A DNA stretch of 64,000 nucleotides. Origin: an uncultured delta proteobacterium. GTDB lineage: Bacteria; Desulfobacterota; Binatia; UBA9968. The stretch spans positions 128,001-192,000 of the forward strand of contig CAVUVW010000015.1 of assembly GCA_963745035.1 (NCBI GenBank). The letters are read 5' to 3'. Shown one piece after another: positions 10,257-20,912 of this stretch (positions are counted from its first letter, which is position 1; every line of letters begins with the position of its first letter). Both the position numbers and the translations under genes were made by a program. The notes beneath the pieces were generated by a model. It was not told the DNA's origin, ran no database searches, and saw only the letters and a list, made by a program, of their open reading frames with translations.

Positions 10257-11478
10257 AGTTCCTCCAGCGCCGCCAAACGCCGCGCCGTATCGTGAACATA
10301 AGGATTGCTTTGGTCCCATGCATAACCCGCCAGGATCGCTGAGATCATGCGGCGGACTTCCCCCGGCGGGTCGGCATGAAATACGATCCGCTGAAAGCCG
10401 CCGCGATACCACGACTCGACAAAGGCGCGGAAGGTATCGATACCGCGTTTTAGCGGTGCCGCGAAATCGTCCTCCCAGCTGATTTTTTCGCCGGCATGCT
10501 GGCGGCCGAGCGCACTGGCCGCGAGGCTCGCTGACTTGAAAGCGATCGTCACTCCCGAGGAAAAAATCGGGTCGAGAAACTCACCCGCATTGCCGAGCAG
10601 AGCAAAGCCGCGACCATATAACGATCTCACGTTTGCCGCGTAGCCGACGATCTGCCGCGCCGGCGTATCCCAACGAGCGCTGCCTGAGCAGGCGGCTCAA
10701 AGATCGGTCCTCACCGATCAGCGCTTGCAGCCGTTCGCGTATGCGACTCCGTATAGCGCGCCAGAAAGCTCGTTTCCGCGACTACGCCGATGGATGAGCG
10801 GCCGTTAGCGAAAGGGATGAGCCAGTACCAAACCGCGGGATGCGCGGGATGAACCGTGATGCGAATCTTGTTGCGATCGAACTCAGAAGCGGCGATGCCG
10901 TCATCCACATGCGTGAACACCGACGCGCGTACCGGGAAATTGGACGGAGCTTCCAGCTGCAATAAGCGCGGCAGCACGCGGCCAAAGCCGCTGGCATCGA
11001 GAATAAACCCGGCGTCGACGGTATATTCGTTGCCCGAAGAGTCGAGTACGATCGCGCGCGGGCGCGGGCCGCTTACATCCACCGCGACGATTTCGTGGCC
11101 GTGATGGACCTGAGCGCCCTGGCGCGCCGCTTGGAGCGCCAGCAGTTGGTCGAAGCGCGCACGTTCAACCTGGTAGGTTGAGCTCCAACCCGCCGAATAC
11201 TTATCGCTGAAGTCGAACGCGGTGAGTTGTTGATCGCGCGCAAACACGGCGCCGTTTTTCAATTGAAACCCCGCCTCTTGCACAGCGCCCAGCATGCCCG
11301 AGTCCTCGAGGTATTCCATGCTTTGCGGCAGCAAACTCTCGCCGATGCTAAATCGCGGAAACTGTTCGCGTTCGAGCACCAGCACCTCGCGCCCTTGGCG
11401 ACAAAGCAAGGCGGCCGCGAGTGTGCCGGCGGGACCGGCGCCGATGACCAGAACCTCCACAGCGATTCGGGAGATCAT
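10241..11478 (-). CDS. Flavin-dependent halogenase-like oxidoreductase (frameshifts near 10680-10740)
   Basis: GAGPAG, IGESLLP, GFQLKNGA, WYWLIPF (WxWxIP) and FLDPIFSSG. Confidence 0.85.
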
Positions 11479-13841
11479 CTTCTGCAACCTTCGTTCACGT
11501 CGGCTGTCTGCTTGTCGTAGCCGAAGCATGGCACGATCAAACAAACGGTAATCGTGCCGATCAGCATCGTCAGTCCGAATGCTTGCAACGCCGGTGTTTG
11601 GCTGAGACTGAGCAAGCCAAAAGAAAGTAGCGTGCTCAAAGCGGACAAACCCATGGCAAGCCAACCTACCGGGTCGGACTGACCGGGATGATCCTGAAAA
11701 AAGATTCCGTAATCGACGCCGATGCCAAGCAGCAGCATCAACGCGAGTACGTGAAACAACTGGAGGCTCTGCCCCGTAATGCCCAGCATTCCGAGCGTTG
11801 TGACGCTCGCCAGCGCAATGGGCGCCAATACGCGCCAGGCAAGGCCGCCGTAGCGCCAGTAAAGCAGGGCATAGACGGCGAGATAGGAGAGCACGATCAC
11901 CCAGCCCATGTATTTTCGATAGCGACCCAGAACGGAGGAGATTTCACCGACGGTATCCACCCACTGCACACCGTCGAGCGCGGCGCCGACGCGCCCCAGG
12001 AGAGGCAGGTTTGCCTCGCTGACGCCGCTCAATGCGACAATGCTCGCGTAAGCGCCGCCCGTTTGTCCAAGCCATAAATGGCGGACCGCTTCGCCTGCAG
12101 GTGTCTTGAGAAACTCATCGACCGACAACGCGGCGGACGCGCCGAGTAGGCGCGTCCGCGTGCTGTCGGTCCAGCGCGCATCGGCGCCGATGCGCCGCGC
12201 CAGCTCTCCGAGGGCGCCGTTTTCACTCAAAACCGTGTCGCCGATAAGACGGCGGCGCGCCGCTTGAGCGCGCAGCGACGGCACCCAGTTGGAAACGGCG
12301 TGATATCCGGCGAGGGTTTGCTGTTCGACGAGCGCATCCAAGCGCCGCGTGAGCGTCTCCTCGCGCTGCAGCAAGTCTTCGATGGTCGGCCCGCGCACCA
12401 GATAGAACTGCGCCGGCGCGGGCGCCGCCAGAACCCGGCTTACCTTGAGCTGATCGTCGAGCAAATGTCGCGGCGGGTTTTGCAATACGCGGATATCATC
12501 TTTAACGCCAAGCCGGCCAAGACCGAAAACCGCGATGAGCGCAACCGACCCGGCCGCCCATAAGCGCAGCCGCCGGGAATGCCACAACCGCAAACGCATA
12601 AAACGGCCGGTAATCCATCTGATCACTGGCGCGCTCTCGCCGGCATGGCCTCGCAGCAGAACCGGGAACCAACAGATCACGGTCAGCCAGGCGAATATTA
12701 AGCCGAGAGCGGAAAAAACCGCCATCTGCTGTAAACCCGGGAAAGGCGTCAACGCAAGGGCGAGATAACCGACTACGGTGGTCACGAGCGCCAGCACCAG
12801 TGCCGGCAAAAGCAGGCGGAGCAATTGCCACGAGTCGACGGTTTGTCTCTCCGGCACAAGTCGGTTGCATAGAAAATAACTGCCGTAGTCCTGGGCGCCG
12901 CCGATGAGGCTTGCGCCAAAGACCATCGTCAGTAAATGAATGCGCTCAAACAGCAACCAGGAGATCGAGAGCGCACCGAGGCAGCCAATGCCGATGGACA
13001 GCATGATCCATGCAATCGGGTTAAGCGATCGAAATGTCAGCCAGGTCAGTAAACCGATGCCCAGAAGCGACCCGACGCCGATGATCGAAACTTCCCGCTG
13101 CGCTTGTGCGCCTGCGGCGGCGGCGAATAAGACAACCCCCGCCGCCAAGATCTCGGCTGCTGGCACCGCTTTGCGCGCTGCTTGCCGCGCCCGGTCGAGA
13201 ACCGGAATGACAGCCGCCTGGGTACTCATGGAAAAAGCCGGAGCGCCAAGGACAAACGGCATAACGACATAATCGCGGTCTGCATCTCGCACAAACAAGC
13301 GGCCGTCGCGCGGCCGCATCGGGGTCTCACCCGCCCGGGCTTGCCACCACCCGGCAAACAATCCGAAGGGATCGTCCTGCCAAGCAGAGAGCTTTAAGCC
13401 TCCGAAAGGGCTGTAAAGCTTGGCGAGCGCGAGTTCGACCCAGTAAGCTTTCGTCTGGCTCTTCAGGGCGAGCTCATCGGCCGCAGTCAAGAGACCCAGC
13501 CGGTGCTGCTGAAACAACTGCTCGTCCTGCTGCCACCGATCAGCTTGCTCCAACCGGAGCAGCTGATTGTGTCCTGCCAATACCGCAAGGTAAGCGTCGG
13601 CGGCCCGGCGCGCCTCTTGCCAACCCACCGCACCGACGAGCACGATCAGCCTCTGCTGCGTCGCCGCAACGGCTTGAGTCACAGCTTTCTGCACTACCGG
13701 ATCGCGCTCCTGTATCGGTAAAAGCGCCAGAATATCGCTGTCAGGAATAAGCCGTCCGCTGGTTAGCAGATAGACGTTATGCATCGCCAGCAAGAAAACG
13801 ATCGCTCCCCAAAAGCAAGCGAGCAGGTTGCGCCGCCTCAA
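11475..13841 (-). CDS. MMPL/RND-type exporter (ApeM-like)
   Basis: 788 aa with two TM bundles; FGASLIG..DY and LGIGVDYGIF motifs. Confidence 0.85.
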   Translation of the reverse strand: MRRRNLLACFWGAIVFLLAMHNVYLLTSGRLIPDSDILALLPIQERDPVVQKAVTQAVAATQQRLIVLVGAVGWQEARRAADAYLAVLAGHNQLLRLEQADRWQQDEQLFQQHRLGLLTAADELALKSQTKAYWVELALAKLYSPFGGLKLSAWQDDPFGLFAGWWQARAGETPMRPRDGRLFVRDADRDYVVMPFVLGAPAFSMSTQAAVIPVLDRARQAARKAVPAAEILAAGVVLFAAAAGAQAQREVSIIGVGSLLGIGLLTWLTFRSLNPIAWIMLSIGIGCLGALSISWLLFERIHLLTMVFGASLIGGAQDYGSYFLCNRLVPERQTVDSWQLLRLLLPALVLALVTTVVGYLALALTPFPGLQQMAVFSALGLIFAWLTVICWFPVLLRGHAGESAPVIRWITGRFMRLRLWHSRRLRLWAAGSVALIAVFGLGRLGVKDDIRVLQNPPRHLLDDQLKVSRVLAAPAPAQFYLVRGPTIEDLLQREETLTRRLDALVEQQTLAGYHAVSNWVPSLRAQAARRRLIGDTVLSENGALGELARRIGADARWTDSTRTRLLGASAALSVDEFLKTPAGEAVRHLWLGQTGGAYASIVALSGVSEANLPLLGRVGAALDGVQWVDTVGEISSVLGRYRKYMGWVIVLSYLAVYALLYWRYGGLAWRVLAPIALASVTTLGMLGITGQSLQLFHVLALMLLLGIGVDYGIFFQDHPGQSDPVGWLAMGLSALSTLLSFGLLSLSQTPALQAFGLTMLIGTITVCLIVPCFGYDKQTADVNEGCRR

Positions 13842-14438
13842 AACAAAGCCGCCTCGTCGGCGTTCATGGCGCCATCACCGGTTTGAATCGCCGAAAACAC
13901 AATCTGCGTGACATCGCCATTGGCTTCACTGATGGTGACGTTTCTGACGTACATGCCGCCTTCCAGGCCGACGCGCGGCGATCGTTTTGGCCAGGGCAGG
14001 CTCACGCGCCTTGAGGGTGACGCTCCAGGTTTTTTCACCGACAGTGCCGGCAATCTCGAAAAAGCTTTCGAGTCGGCCGAGATCTCCGGCGAACAGCGCA
14101 AACAAAATATTGTTGACCATGCGCAGCGCTGGCTCGCGGCGCGCATCGAGGCGCAGCGCCACGCGCTCGCCGTGCATCTGGACGATCTCGTCGCGTGTAA
14201 CCCTCAGGGTATTCGGGAAGGGTTGCAGCGTTCGCCACAACACGCCTTTGTCAACGACCACGCAAAAGCGGCCGTTCGATGTGACTGGTTTCTTCAGGCC
14301 AACCAGTAGCTTGGTTTGGTCGAACCTGCCACAGAGAACTTTGGGCTTGGCGAGGAGCGCTTGGATTTTTTCCGTCGGAGCCGCGGCTGCAAGCGCAACG
14401 GCTAGTGCCGCAGCGCACGCGAGAACTCCGCCTGCCAT
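13838..14438 (-). CDS. LolA-like lipid carrier (ApeL-like; frameshift near 13980)
   Basis: Signal peptide, GRFDQTK, GVLWRTLQPF, EANGDVTQIVF. Confidence 0.75.
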
Positions 14439-14863
14439 CACGGCGTCACCTTCAATCTCTCGAACAGCACAGCCGGTGACGCAAAGCACATCTCTCCAGT
14501 AGCGATCTCTACCGCCACCTGAGTCGTGCTGGCCCGCGTTAGGCGTTTTCCGCTGCTGGCTTCGCTGATCAAATATTCGATTTTGAGACGATTCTCCCAC
14601 TCGACGATCTCGGCGCGCAGCTTGAGGCGCGCGCCGAATCGGGCGGGCGCGACGTAGCGGATCTGCAAATCGACGACCGGCCAGAGATAACCCGAATCCC
14701 TCATCTCCGGATAGTTGTAGCCTATGCTATCGAGCAGGGCGCCGCGGGCAATCTCGAGATATTTGACATAGTGGCCGTGCCAGACGACCTCCATGGGGTC
14801 AAGATCGAAAAACTGCACCTGCGTCTCGGTCTCGGCGCACCATCTGCCGGTCGCTCTAGTCAT
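14438..14863 (-). CDS. Acyl-ACP/CoA thioesterase (ApeK-like, 4HBT family)
   Basis: FFDLDPMEVVWHGHYVKYLEIAR motif. Confidence 0.88.
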   Translation of the reverse strand: MTRATGRWCAETETQVQFFDLDPMEVVWHGHYVKYLEIARGALLDSIGYNYPEMRDSGYLWPVVDLQIRYVAPARFGARLKLRAEIVEWENRLKIEYLISEASSGKRLTRASTTQVAVEIATGEMCFASPAVLFERLKVTP

Positions 14864-16412
14864 ATAACTTCCAGGCCCGGCTGCGGATGCGTTCGAGCAA
14901 CAGGCGCAAATCCGGCTCTAGGCGGCGGTCTTCTTCGACCACAGCAACGTCGGCACCGAGCGCATCCAACATGGCTTCAAGCGGCGCCTGCGGCGCTATC
15001 GCTGGCTTCAGCCTGCGCCGCAGCCACACACCCTGACGGGCGGCGATCAACAGTCCGGCCACCACTTGTTCGGTCAACTCGAGCACGCGCAGACAATCGC
15101 GCGCGGCGATCGTCCCCATGCTGACCTTGTCCTGGTTGTGGCATTCGGTGGAACGCGAGAACACCGAGGCAGGCATTGTCAACTTGAGCGCCTCAGCGGT
15201 CCAGGCTGAAACACTGATCTGCAAGGCCTTGAGCCCATGGTTGATCGCGGCTCTGGATCCAGTGACGCCGGATAAATTCGATGGCAAGCCATTGCTGTAA
15301 CGGCTGTCCACCAACAGCGCCATCTGTCGGTCGAGCAAATCGGCCAAATTGGCGACGGCATTTTTCATGCTGTCCATGGCAAACGCGATATGGCCACCGT
15401 AAAAGTGGCCGCCAAGGAGAATGCGTTCTTCCGCCGCGTCGATGATCGGGTTGTCGTTGGCGCTATTGAGCTCATTCTCGATCGATTCACGCATCCATGG
15501 CAGCGCATCGGCAAGAACGCCGATGACGTGCGGCGCGCAACGGATCGAATAGCGGTCCTGCAGCCGCTGATTGTCCTCTGCCGGCTGATCGGACGCCAGG
15601 TCGTGGCGCAGCCAAGCGGCAACCGCCTGCTGGCCGCGATGGGGCTTGACGGAGAACAGAGTGGCGTCGAAATGGTACGCGTTGCCGGCGAGGGCGAACG
15701 AGGACAGCGCGGTGATGCGGGTGGCGAGCCGCAGGAGATACTCGGCCCGCGCAAAAGCGAGACAAGCGAGCGCAGTCATCACCGCCGTCCCGTTCATGAT
15801 CGCCAGGGCTTCTTTCGGGCGCAGTTGATGCGGTGTAACCCCGGCCCGCGCGAGCGCTGCGGCAGCAGGCAGTGCGCCCTCGCCGTGCCATACCTCGCCT
15901 TCGCCGCAGAGCACGGCGGCGAGATAGGACAATGGGGTGAGATCGCCGCTGGCGCCGACCGAACCTTCCGACGGAATAACCGGCAGCAGTCCGTGCTGCA
16001 GGAGCCGTACTATTTGTTCCAGCAGCTCGACGCTGACGCCGGAAAATCCCTTGCAGAGCGACCCGAGACGCGTCGCCATGATCGCGCGCGTCTGCGCCGG
16101 GGAAAAACACACCCCCAGGCCGCACCCATGATAGGTATAAAGATGGCGCGATAGGTCCGTCATGAGTTGCGGCTCGACCGGCACGTTGCAGGAGTCGCCG
16201 TAGCCGGTGGTGACGCCGTAAATCGCGCCTTCCTTGAGCAAAACACGGTCGAGAAACTCGGCGCCGCGCGCAATCATGCCGCGAAACTCCGCGGCATCCG
16301 ACAGGCGCACGCCGGCCGATCCATCTGAGATATCGACGATGTCTTCGATCGTGAGCCGTTCACTGTCGAACTGAACGACACGAGTTTCAGGTTTGTCTTC
16401 AGCGCGCTCCAT
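14856..16412 (-). CDS. Aromatic amino acid ammonia-lyase (HAL/PAL/TAL family)
   Basis: IYGVTTGYG, MIO-forming GSVGASGDL, QDRYSIRC, NSANDNP, HNQDKVSMG. Confidence 0.92.
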   Translation of the reverse strand: MERAEDKPETRVVQFDSERLTIEDIVDISDGSAGVRLSDAAEFRGMIARGAEFLDRVLLKEGAIYGVTTGYGDSCNVPVEPQLMTDLSRHLYTYHGCGLGVCFSPAQTRAIMATRLGSLCKGFSGVSVELLEQIVRLLQHGLLPVIPSEGSVGASGDLTPLSYLAAVLCGEGEVWHGEGALPAAAALARAGVTPHQLRPKEALAIMNGTAVMTALACLAFARAEYLLRLATRITALSSFALAGNAYHFDATLFSVKPHRGQQAVAAWLRHDLASDQPAEDNQRLQDRYSIRCAPHVIGVLADALPWMRESIENELNSANDNPIIDAAEERILLGGHFYGGHIAFAMDSMKNAVANLADLLDRQMALLVDSRYSNGLPSNLSGVTGSRAAINHGLKALQISVSAWTAEALKLTMPASVFSRSTECHNQDKVSMGTIAARDCLRVLELTEQVVAGLLIAARQGVWLRRRLKPAIAPQAPLEAMLDALGADVAVVEEDRRLEPDLRLLLERIRSRAWKLYD

Positions 16413-17370
16413 CAGAGCCCTTGTACGCCGGCAAGTGCCAAAAATCGTAGAAATTATACCATTGAAACGGCGCGCGGCGGCAGAAATGTTCGAGTCGTTG
16501 CGCGTAGTCCGCCGCGAGTTCGGCCAGCCTGCGCTCACGCTCTCGACGCGGCAAATGAATCGACTCGCGGAATAATTCGAAATGAATTTCCGCCACCCCC
16601 CCATGCCGCAACGTGAACAGCAGGTAAACCGGACATTGAAACAAACTCGCCATAACATACGGGCCCACCGGGAACGGCGCCGGCGCGCCGAGAAAGTTTG
16701 CCAGGGCAATCCGGGGACGAGGCGATACCGGAATGCGGTCGCCGGCGATGGCGATAAATTCTCCCAGCGCGATTTTCTCTGCGAAAAGAATAGCGGTCTC
16801 AGGCGACAACTCGGTGACTTGCATCAAATTCAATTGGCTTTCGGGATTGAGATGCGCCAGCAGGCGGTTAAATTTCTCCGCGTGCTTGGTATGGGTAAGT
16901 ACGGTCATTTTGAGCCCATCCATTCGCTCGGCTAGCACCCGGGACAATTCCAGATTGCCGAGATGGCAACAGATCAAGAGAGCGCCGCGCTTCGAGGCTA
17001 CTTGTGCGGCGATCAATTCTAGATTCTGGTATTCAACCGAGTTGTTGGGCACCCAGCCGCTCCACAGCAGCATCTTATCGAGAATGTTTTCGGCAAATGA
17101 GACAAAATGGCGCAACACGTGAAATCGCCCGGGTTTACGTGAGCCGATGCCGTTTTGCTGCGCCACGCGAAGCAAATAATCTTCCGACGCCGCCCGCGCC
17201 GCCGGCTTGGCAAGCATATACCAGATTACGACCGGATAGAGCACGACGCGGACCGGCCAACGCCCGAAAACCCGACAGAGCCAAAATAACAGGCGCATGC
17301 CGGCGATGAAGCTAAATTCATCGATGTGCGCCCAGTGGCGGCCGCGCACGGGAGCGAAGAGCGGTTTCAT
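16399..17370 (-). CDS. Lipid acyltransferase (LpxL-like; C-terminal half of ApeJ)
   Basis: HLGNLE, IAGDR, PFQWYNFYDFW. Confidence 0.8.
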   Translation of the reverse strand: MKPLFAPVRGRHWAHIDEFSFIAGMRLLFWLCRVFGRWPVRVVLYPVVIWYMLAKPAARAASEDYLLRVAQQNGIGSRKPGRFHVLRHFVSFAENILDKMLLWSGWVPNNSVEYQNLELIAAQVASKRGALLICCHLGNLELSRVLAERMDGLKMTVLTHTKHAEKFNRLLAHLNPESQLNLMQVTELSPETAILFAEKIALGEFIAIAGDRIPVSPRPRIALANFLGAPAPFPVGPYVMASLFQCPVYLLFTLRHGGVAEIHFELFRESIHLPRRERERRLAELAADYAQRLEHFCRRAPFQWYNFYDFWHLPAYKGSDGAR

Positions 17371-18110
17371 TGAGCGCTCCTATTGCGCGAGATCAAGATT
17401 GGCAATCGCTGCAGCATGCCGAAAAACAACTGGGCATGGGCGCGGGAAATCAACAAGGTGTCCGCCCAGGCGCGAAAATGCGACACGCCGTTCTTTGGAT
17501 AGGTCACCCGGGTGGGCACATTGATGATCTCCAGGCCGCTCCAGTACAGGCGCACCAGCACTTCGATATCGAAGTTCATCCGCTCGCCAAGACGGCAGCG
17601 TTGGTCGAGCGCCACCAACGGCGCCAGCGGATAGACGCGGAAGCCGCACATCGAATCTTTGATCTGGCGCGACAGAGTGTTGATCGAGACCCAAACATGG
17701 GTGAGATAGCGCGCCCAAAGCCGAAGCGCCGGCGCGCTCGGATCGTACTCGGGACAACCGACGATCAGCGCGCATGGATGCGCCGCCGCCTGCTCAAGAA
17801 AATGCGGAATATCGCCGACCCGATGCTGTCCATCGGCGTCGATTTGAAGCGCATGGCTATATCCGCTGCGCGCCGCGTGGCGAACCGCCGTAAGCACGGC
17901 GCTGCCTTTGCCTCGATTGACTGGATGGCGCATCAAAGTGATTTGGCTCGGTGCCGCGACGGCCAGCTCGTCGAGAACAGCTGCGCAGGCTGCCGAGCTA
18001 CCGTCGTCGACAATGATGCAAGGCAAACCGTGTCGCACAACGCCCTCCGCCACGCTACCGATCGCCCGTTCGTGATTGTACACGGGAATCACCGCGCAAG
18101 GACTAAACAT
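17367..18110 (-). CDS. Glycosyltransferase family 2 (N-terminal half of ApeJ)
   Basis: VIPVYNH, VDDGS, NRGKG, QIDADGQH, DSMCGFRVYP. Confidence 0.9.
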   Translation of the reverse strand: MFSPCAVIPVYNHERAIGSVAEGVVRHGLPCIIVDDGSSAACAAVLDELAVAAPSQITLMRHPVNRGKGSAVLTAVRHAARSGYSHALQIDADGQHRVGDIPHFLEQAAAHPCALIVGCPEYDPSAPALRLWARYLTHVWVSINTLSRQIKDSMCGFRVYPLAPLVALDQRCRLGERMNFDIEVLVRLYWSGLEIINVPTRVTYPKNGVSHFRAWADTLLISRAHAQLFFGMLQRLPILISRNRSAQ

Positions 18111-19828
18111 GGTTGGCTCCGAAGAGGATTCGTCCGTTCGCATGGCGGCCGAGTGCCGATGTGATTTGGAAAGATATGGAAGATTTGGCCCGGTCATAGG
18201 CAATCTCGATCTTGACCGGGGTTTCGGGAGGAATGACGCGCTGAAATTTGAGCGCATGAACGCCGCGAAAGAGCGGCGGCAAATCGAAGCACTGTCGCCC
18301 GCATGCGATCACCCAGTCGACCTGCACCACTCCTGGCAAAATCGGTCGACCGGGAAAGTGGCCATTGAAATAGAGCAAGTTCCGCGGCGCAACGAGCTCA
18401 AATACGGCCTCATGAGAATGTTTTTCAACCAGACGTTTACGCGGCTGCGTCGGCCGAGTATTGCCGAGATCGAGCAACGCCCTAAGCTTGGCAACGGTTG
18501 TCTTACCCTGGGCATTGACCGGTAACGCTTCCGGGTAGCGCCAGATGCGCGGCAAGCCGACTGGTTCGATCGAGTCGACAAGCAAGGCGCGCAAGGCGCG
18601 ACTGAAATTCAGCCGGCCAAGCTCGGCTAGCCGTTGTCGACCACTCCCGGATGGAACGATGAATGCGGCCAGCCGTTGTCGGCTTCCCTCGAGGACAATG
18701 ATGCGTGCTGCCGTGACGAGAGGCGATGCCATGAGTAGAGACTCGATGGCGCTCAACGAAACGCGTTTGCCCTCGATTTTTGCTATTCGGTCGCTCCGTC
18801 CTCTCAGCAGAAAGCGACCTTCAGTTCCGGTCACCGCGCGATCGGCCGTGCGAAACCACTCCGCATTTGGCAAATACCCCGAACTGACTTCGAGCACTTG
18901 ACCAACTGGATCGATGCGCCAACGCACACCCGGAAAACCCGTCCACGCTTCGTCCGGTCCGTTCGTTTGCTGGCGCCAGGCGACGCCTCCGGTCTCCGAG
19001 CTACCGTAAACTTCTATGGGCACCTGTCCGAGTATGCGCTTGCATTCGCGGGCGCCCTCGAGTGCTAACGGTCCTCCTGACGAGAAGACCACCTGCAAGC
19101 GTCTTTCGCGCCGGCACCAAAACCGAATTCTCCTGCACCCGTTTCAGATGCGCCGGACTCGAAATCAACGCACTATTGCGCTGCGCCAAAGCGGTGCCCA
19201 ATTCCTCGAAAAAGGAAAAACTTGCGGCATGAATCGCGCGGCCAGCCGTAATCGGCCACAACACTTTGAAGAGCAAACCATAGATATGCTGGTGCGAGAC
19301 GGTCGCCACGATATCGGCGGCGCCAAGCAGCGCGCCGAATTGCGTTTCAAGCGCCGCGACTTCCACGGCTATCTGGGACAGTTTTTTCGGAATGGCTTGT
19401 GCCTTGCCGGTCGACCCGGAGGTGTACAGCACCAGTCCGAGGAAATCCGGATCGAGATGATGAAAAACATCCACTTCATCCATCGCGTCTTGCGCGGGGG
19501 CTTGAGGCTGCCACGTGGCGGCAAATTCTCCCAAATAACCGTCCACGCTTGTGCGCATAATCGCGCAAGTATCCAGCAAATTGTCACCGGGCAGGTAAAT
19601 CGTTTTCTCTGCCTGCCAAGCGCCAAATAATGCCGCAGCGAACTCGACGGAGTCGTCGAGATACAGCGCGAAGGCATGACCGGAAATTCCCGTGAGTAGC
19701 GCGCGCCACGCGCCCACGCGCCCGAGAAACAGCTCGTGGCTCACCGCCTGGCCTCGGCGCCAACCGACGGTGTGGCACGGTAGCCGTTCGGCGCTGAGCA
19801 CGTTCAACATGTCGAGCTTATTAGCCAC
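18103..19828 (-). CDS. Acyl-ACP synthetase (ApeH-like) fused to an ApeI-like dehydratase (frameshift near 19095)
   Basis: YTSGSTG, SHQHIYG, EVYGSSETGG, GRSDRIAKIEGKRVSL; C-terminal FNGHFPGRPILPGVVQ hotdog motif in the same frame. Confidence 0.85.
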
Positions 19829-20372
19829 GCTGCCGCCCCATGACGCGCCGGCGGACGCAATATTCCCCGGCAAATAAAAGTCCTATAAGAATGTAGGCAA
19901 GAAAGCCGTTATAAAACGACCAGAGCGCCGATGATGCGTAGAGCGCCGTGTAGAGCGCGATGGCGCCGTTAAGGAAAAAAAATACGCACCAGACTTGGGT
20001 AACTCGCCGCGTATAGCCGATCGCCGCCGATGGCAGCTGCGGCTCGCGCATGCGCGCGATCCGCTCGATGGCGCTGGGTGGAACAATCAAACTATAGGCG
20101 AACACGCCGAGCAACGTCGCGCTGACGATCACTGGATAAAGCTTCAGCGGAAACATAGCGTTGCCCCAAACCGCCAGAAGCACGAGCAGCATGGTAGCGG
20201 CCAGCCACCAGCGCGTCGCCTGACTCATTTTCACAGTGACCAGCCGCGCAAATCCAACCAGCAACAATAACCCGGCAAGTGCGCGCGGCTCGATTCTTCC
20301 TTCGGCAAGCCAGATCGTCAGCGGATAAATCAAAGTGAGCAGTATCGCCAGAAAGGTCAACACGCGGCGCAA
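19821..20372 (-). CDS. COG4648 membrane protein (ApeG-like)
   Basis: KLYPV, IERIARMREP, YTRRVTQVW, WSFYNG. Confidence 0.85.
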   Translation of the reverse strand: MRRVLTFLAILLTLIYPLTIWLAEGRIEPRALAGLLLLVGFARLVTVKMSQATRWWLAATMLLVLLAVWGNAMFPLKLYPVIVSATLLGVFAYSLIVPPSAIERIARMREPQLPSAAIGYTRRVTQVWCVFFFLNGAIALYTALYASSALWSFYNGFLAYILIGLLFAGEYCVRRRVMGRQRG

Positions 20373-20377
20373 CTCGG

Positions 20378-20641
20378 TTACTGCTCCAGCAGGCCGGCGA
20401 GCGCATCGACCACGTCTTGCACAGTGCGCACGCGCTTGAAAACTTCAGGTTGCAGTCTTTTGCCGGTCAGGTTCTTGAGTTTCACGGCGAGATCCACCGC
20501 GTCGATGCTGTCGATATCGAGCTCGCTGTACAGGTTCGTCTCCGGGGTGATTCTCGACTTATCCAGCTCGAACATTTCGTGCAGGATATCAACCACCCAA
20601 GGGTAAATCTCTTCCTTAGTCTTTGGAGTGGCTAGAATCAT
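20378..20641 (-). CDS. Acyl carrier protein (ApeF-like)
   Basis: LDIDSIDAVDL phosphopantetheine Ser motif. Confidence 0.9.
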   Translation of the reverse strand: MILATPKTKEEIYPWVVDILHEMFELDKSRITPETNLYSELDIDSIDAVDLAVKLKNLTGKRLQPEVFKRVRTVQDVVDALAGLLEQ

Positions 20642-20912
20642 TCAAGTCCCCCTCGCTATTGAAATTACTGTGGATCAAGACACCGAGCGTCCGAACGGAC
20701 GCAAAGTGGCGGCGGGTTTCCTCTGACTTGGCCGAAAGCGTAACTCCATAGCGCTTTTGGATGGCAACGCCCAGTTCCAGCGCGTCGATGGAATCCAACC
20801 CGAGTCCGTCGCCAAACAGCGGCGCGTCTGAGTCGATATCCGCCGGAGTGATGTCTTCGAGCTGCAAGACGTCGATGATCAACTGCTTTATTTCGTCTTC
20901 AGACGGCTGCAT
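20616..20912 (-). CDS. Acyl carrier protein (ApeE-like)
   Basis: PLFGDGLGLDSIDALEL. Confidence 0.9.
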   Translation of the reverse strand: MQPSEDEIKQLIIDVLQLEDITPADIDSDAPLFGDGLGLDSIDALELGVAIQKRYGVTLSAKSEETRRHFASVRTLGVLIHSNFNSEGDLNDSSHSKD

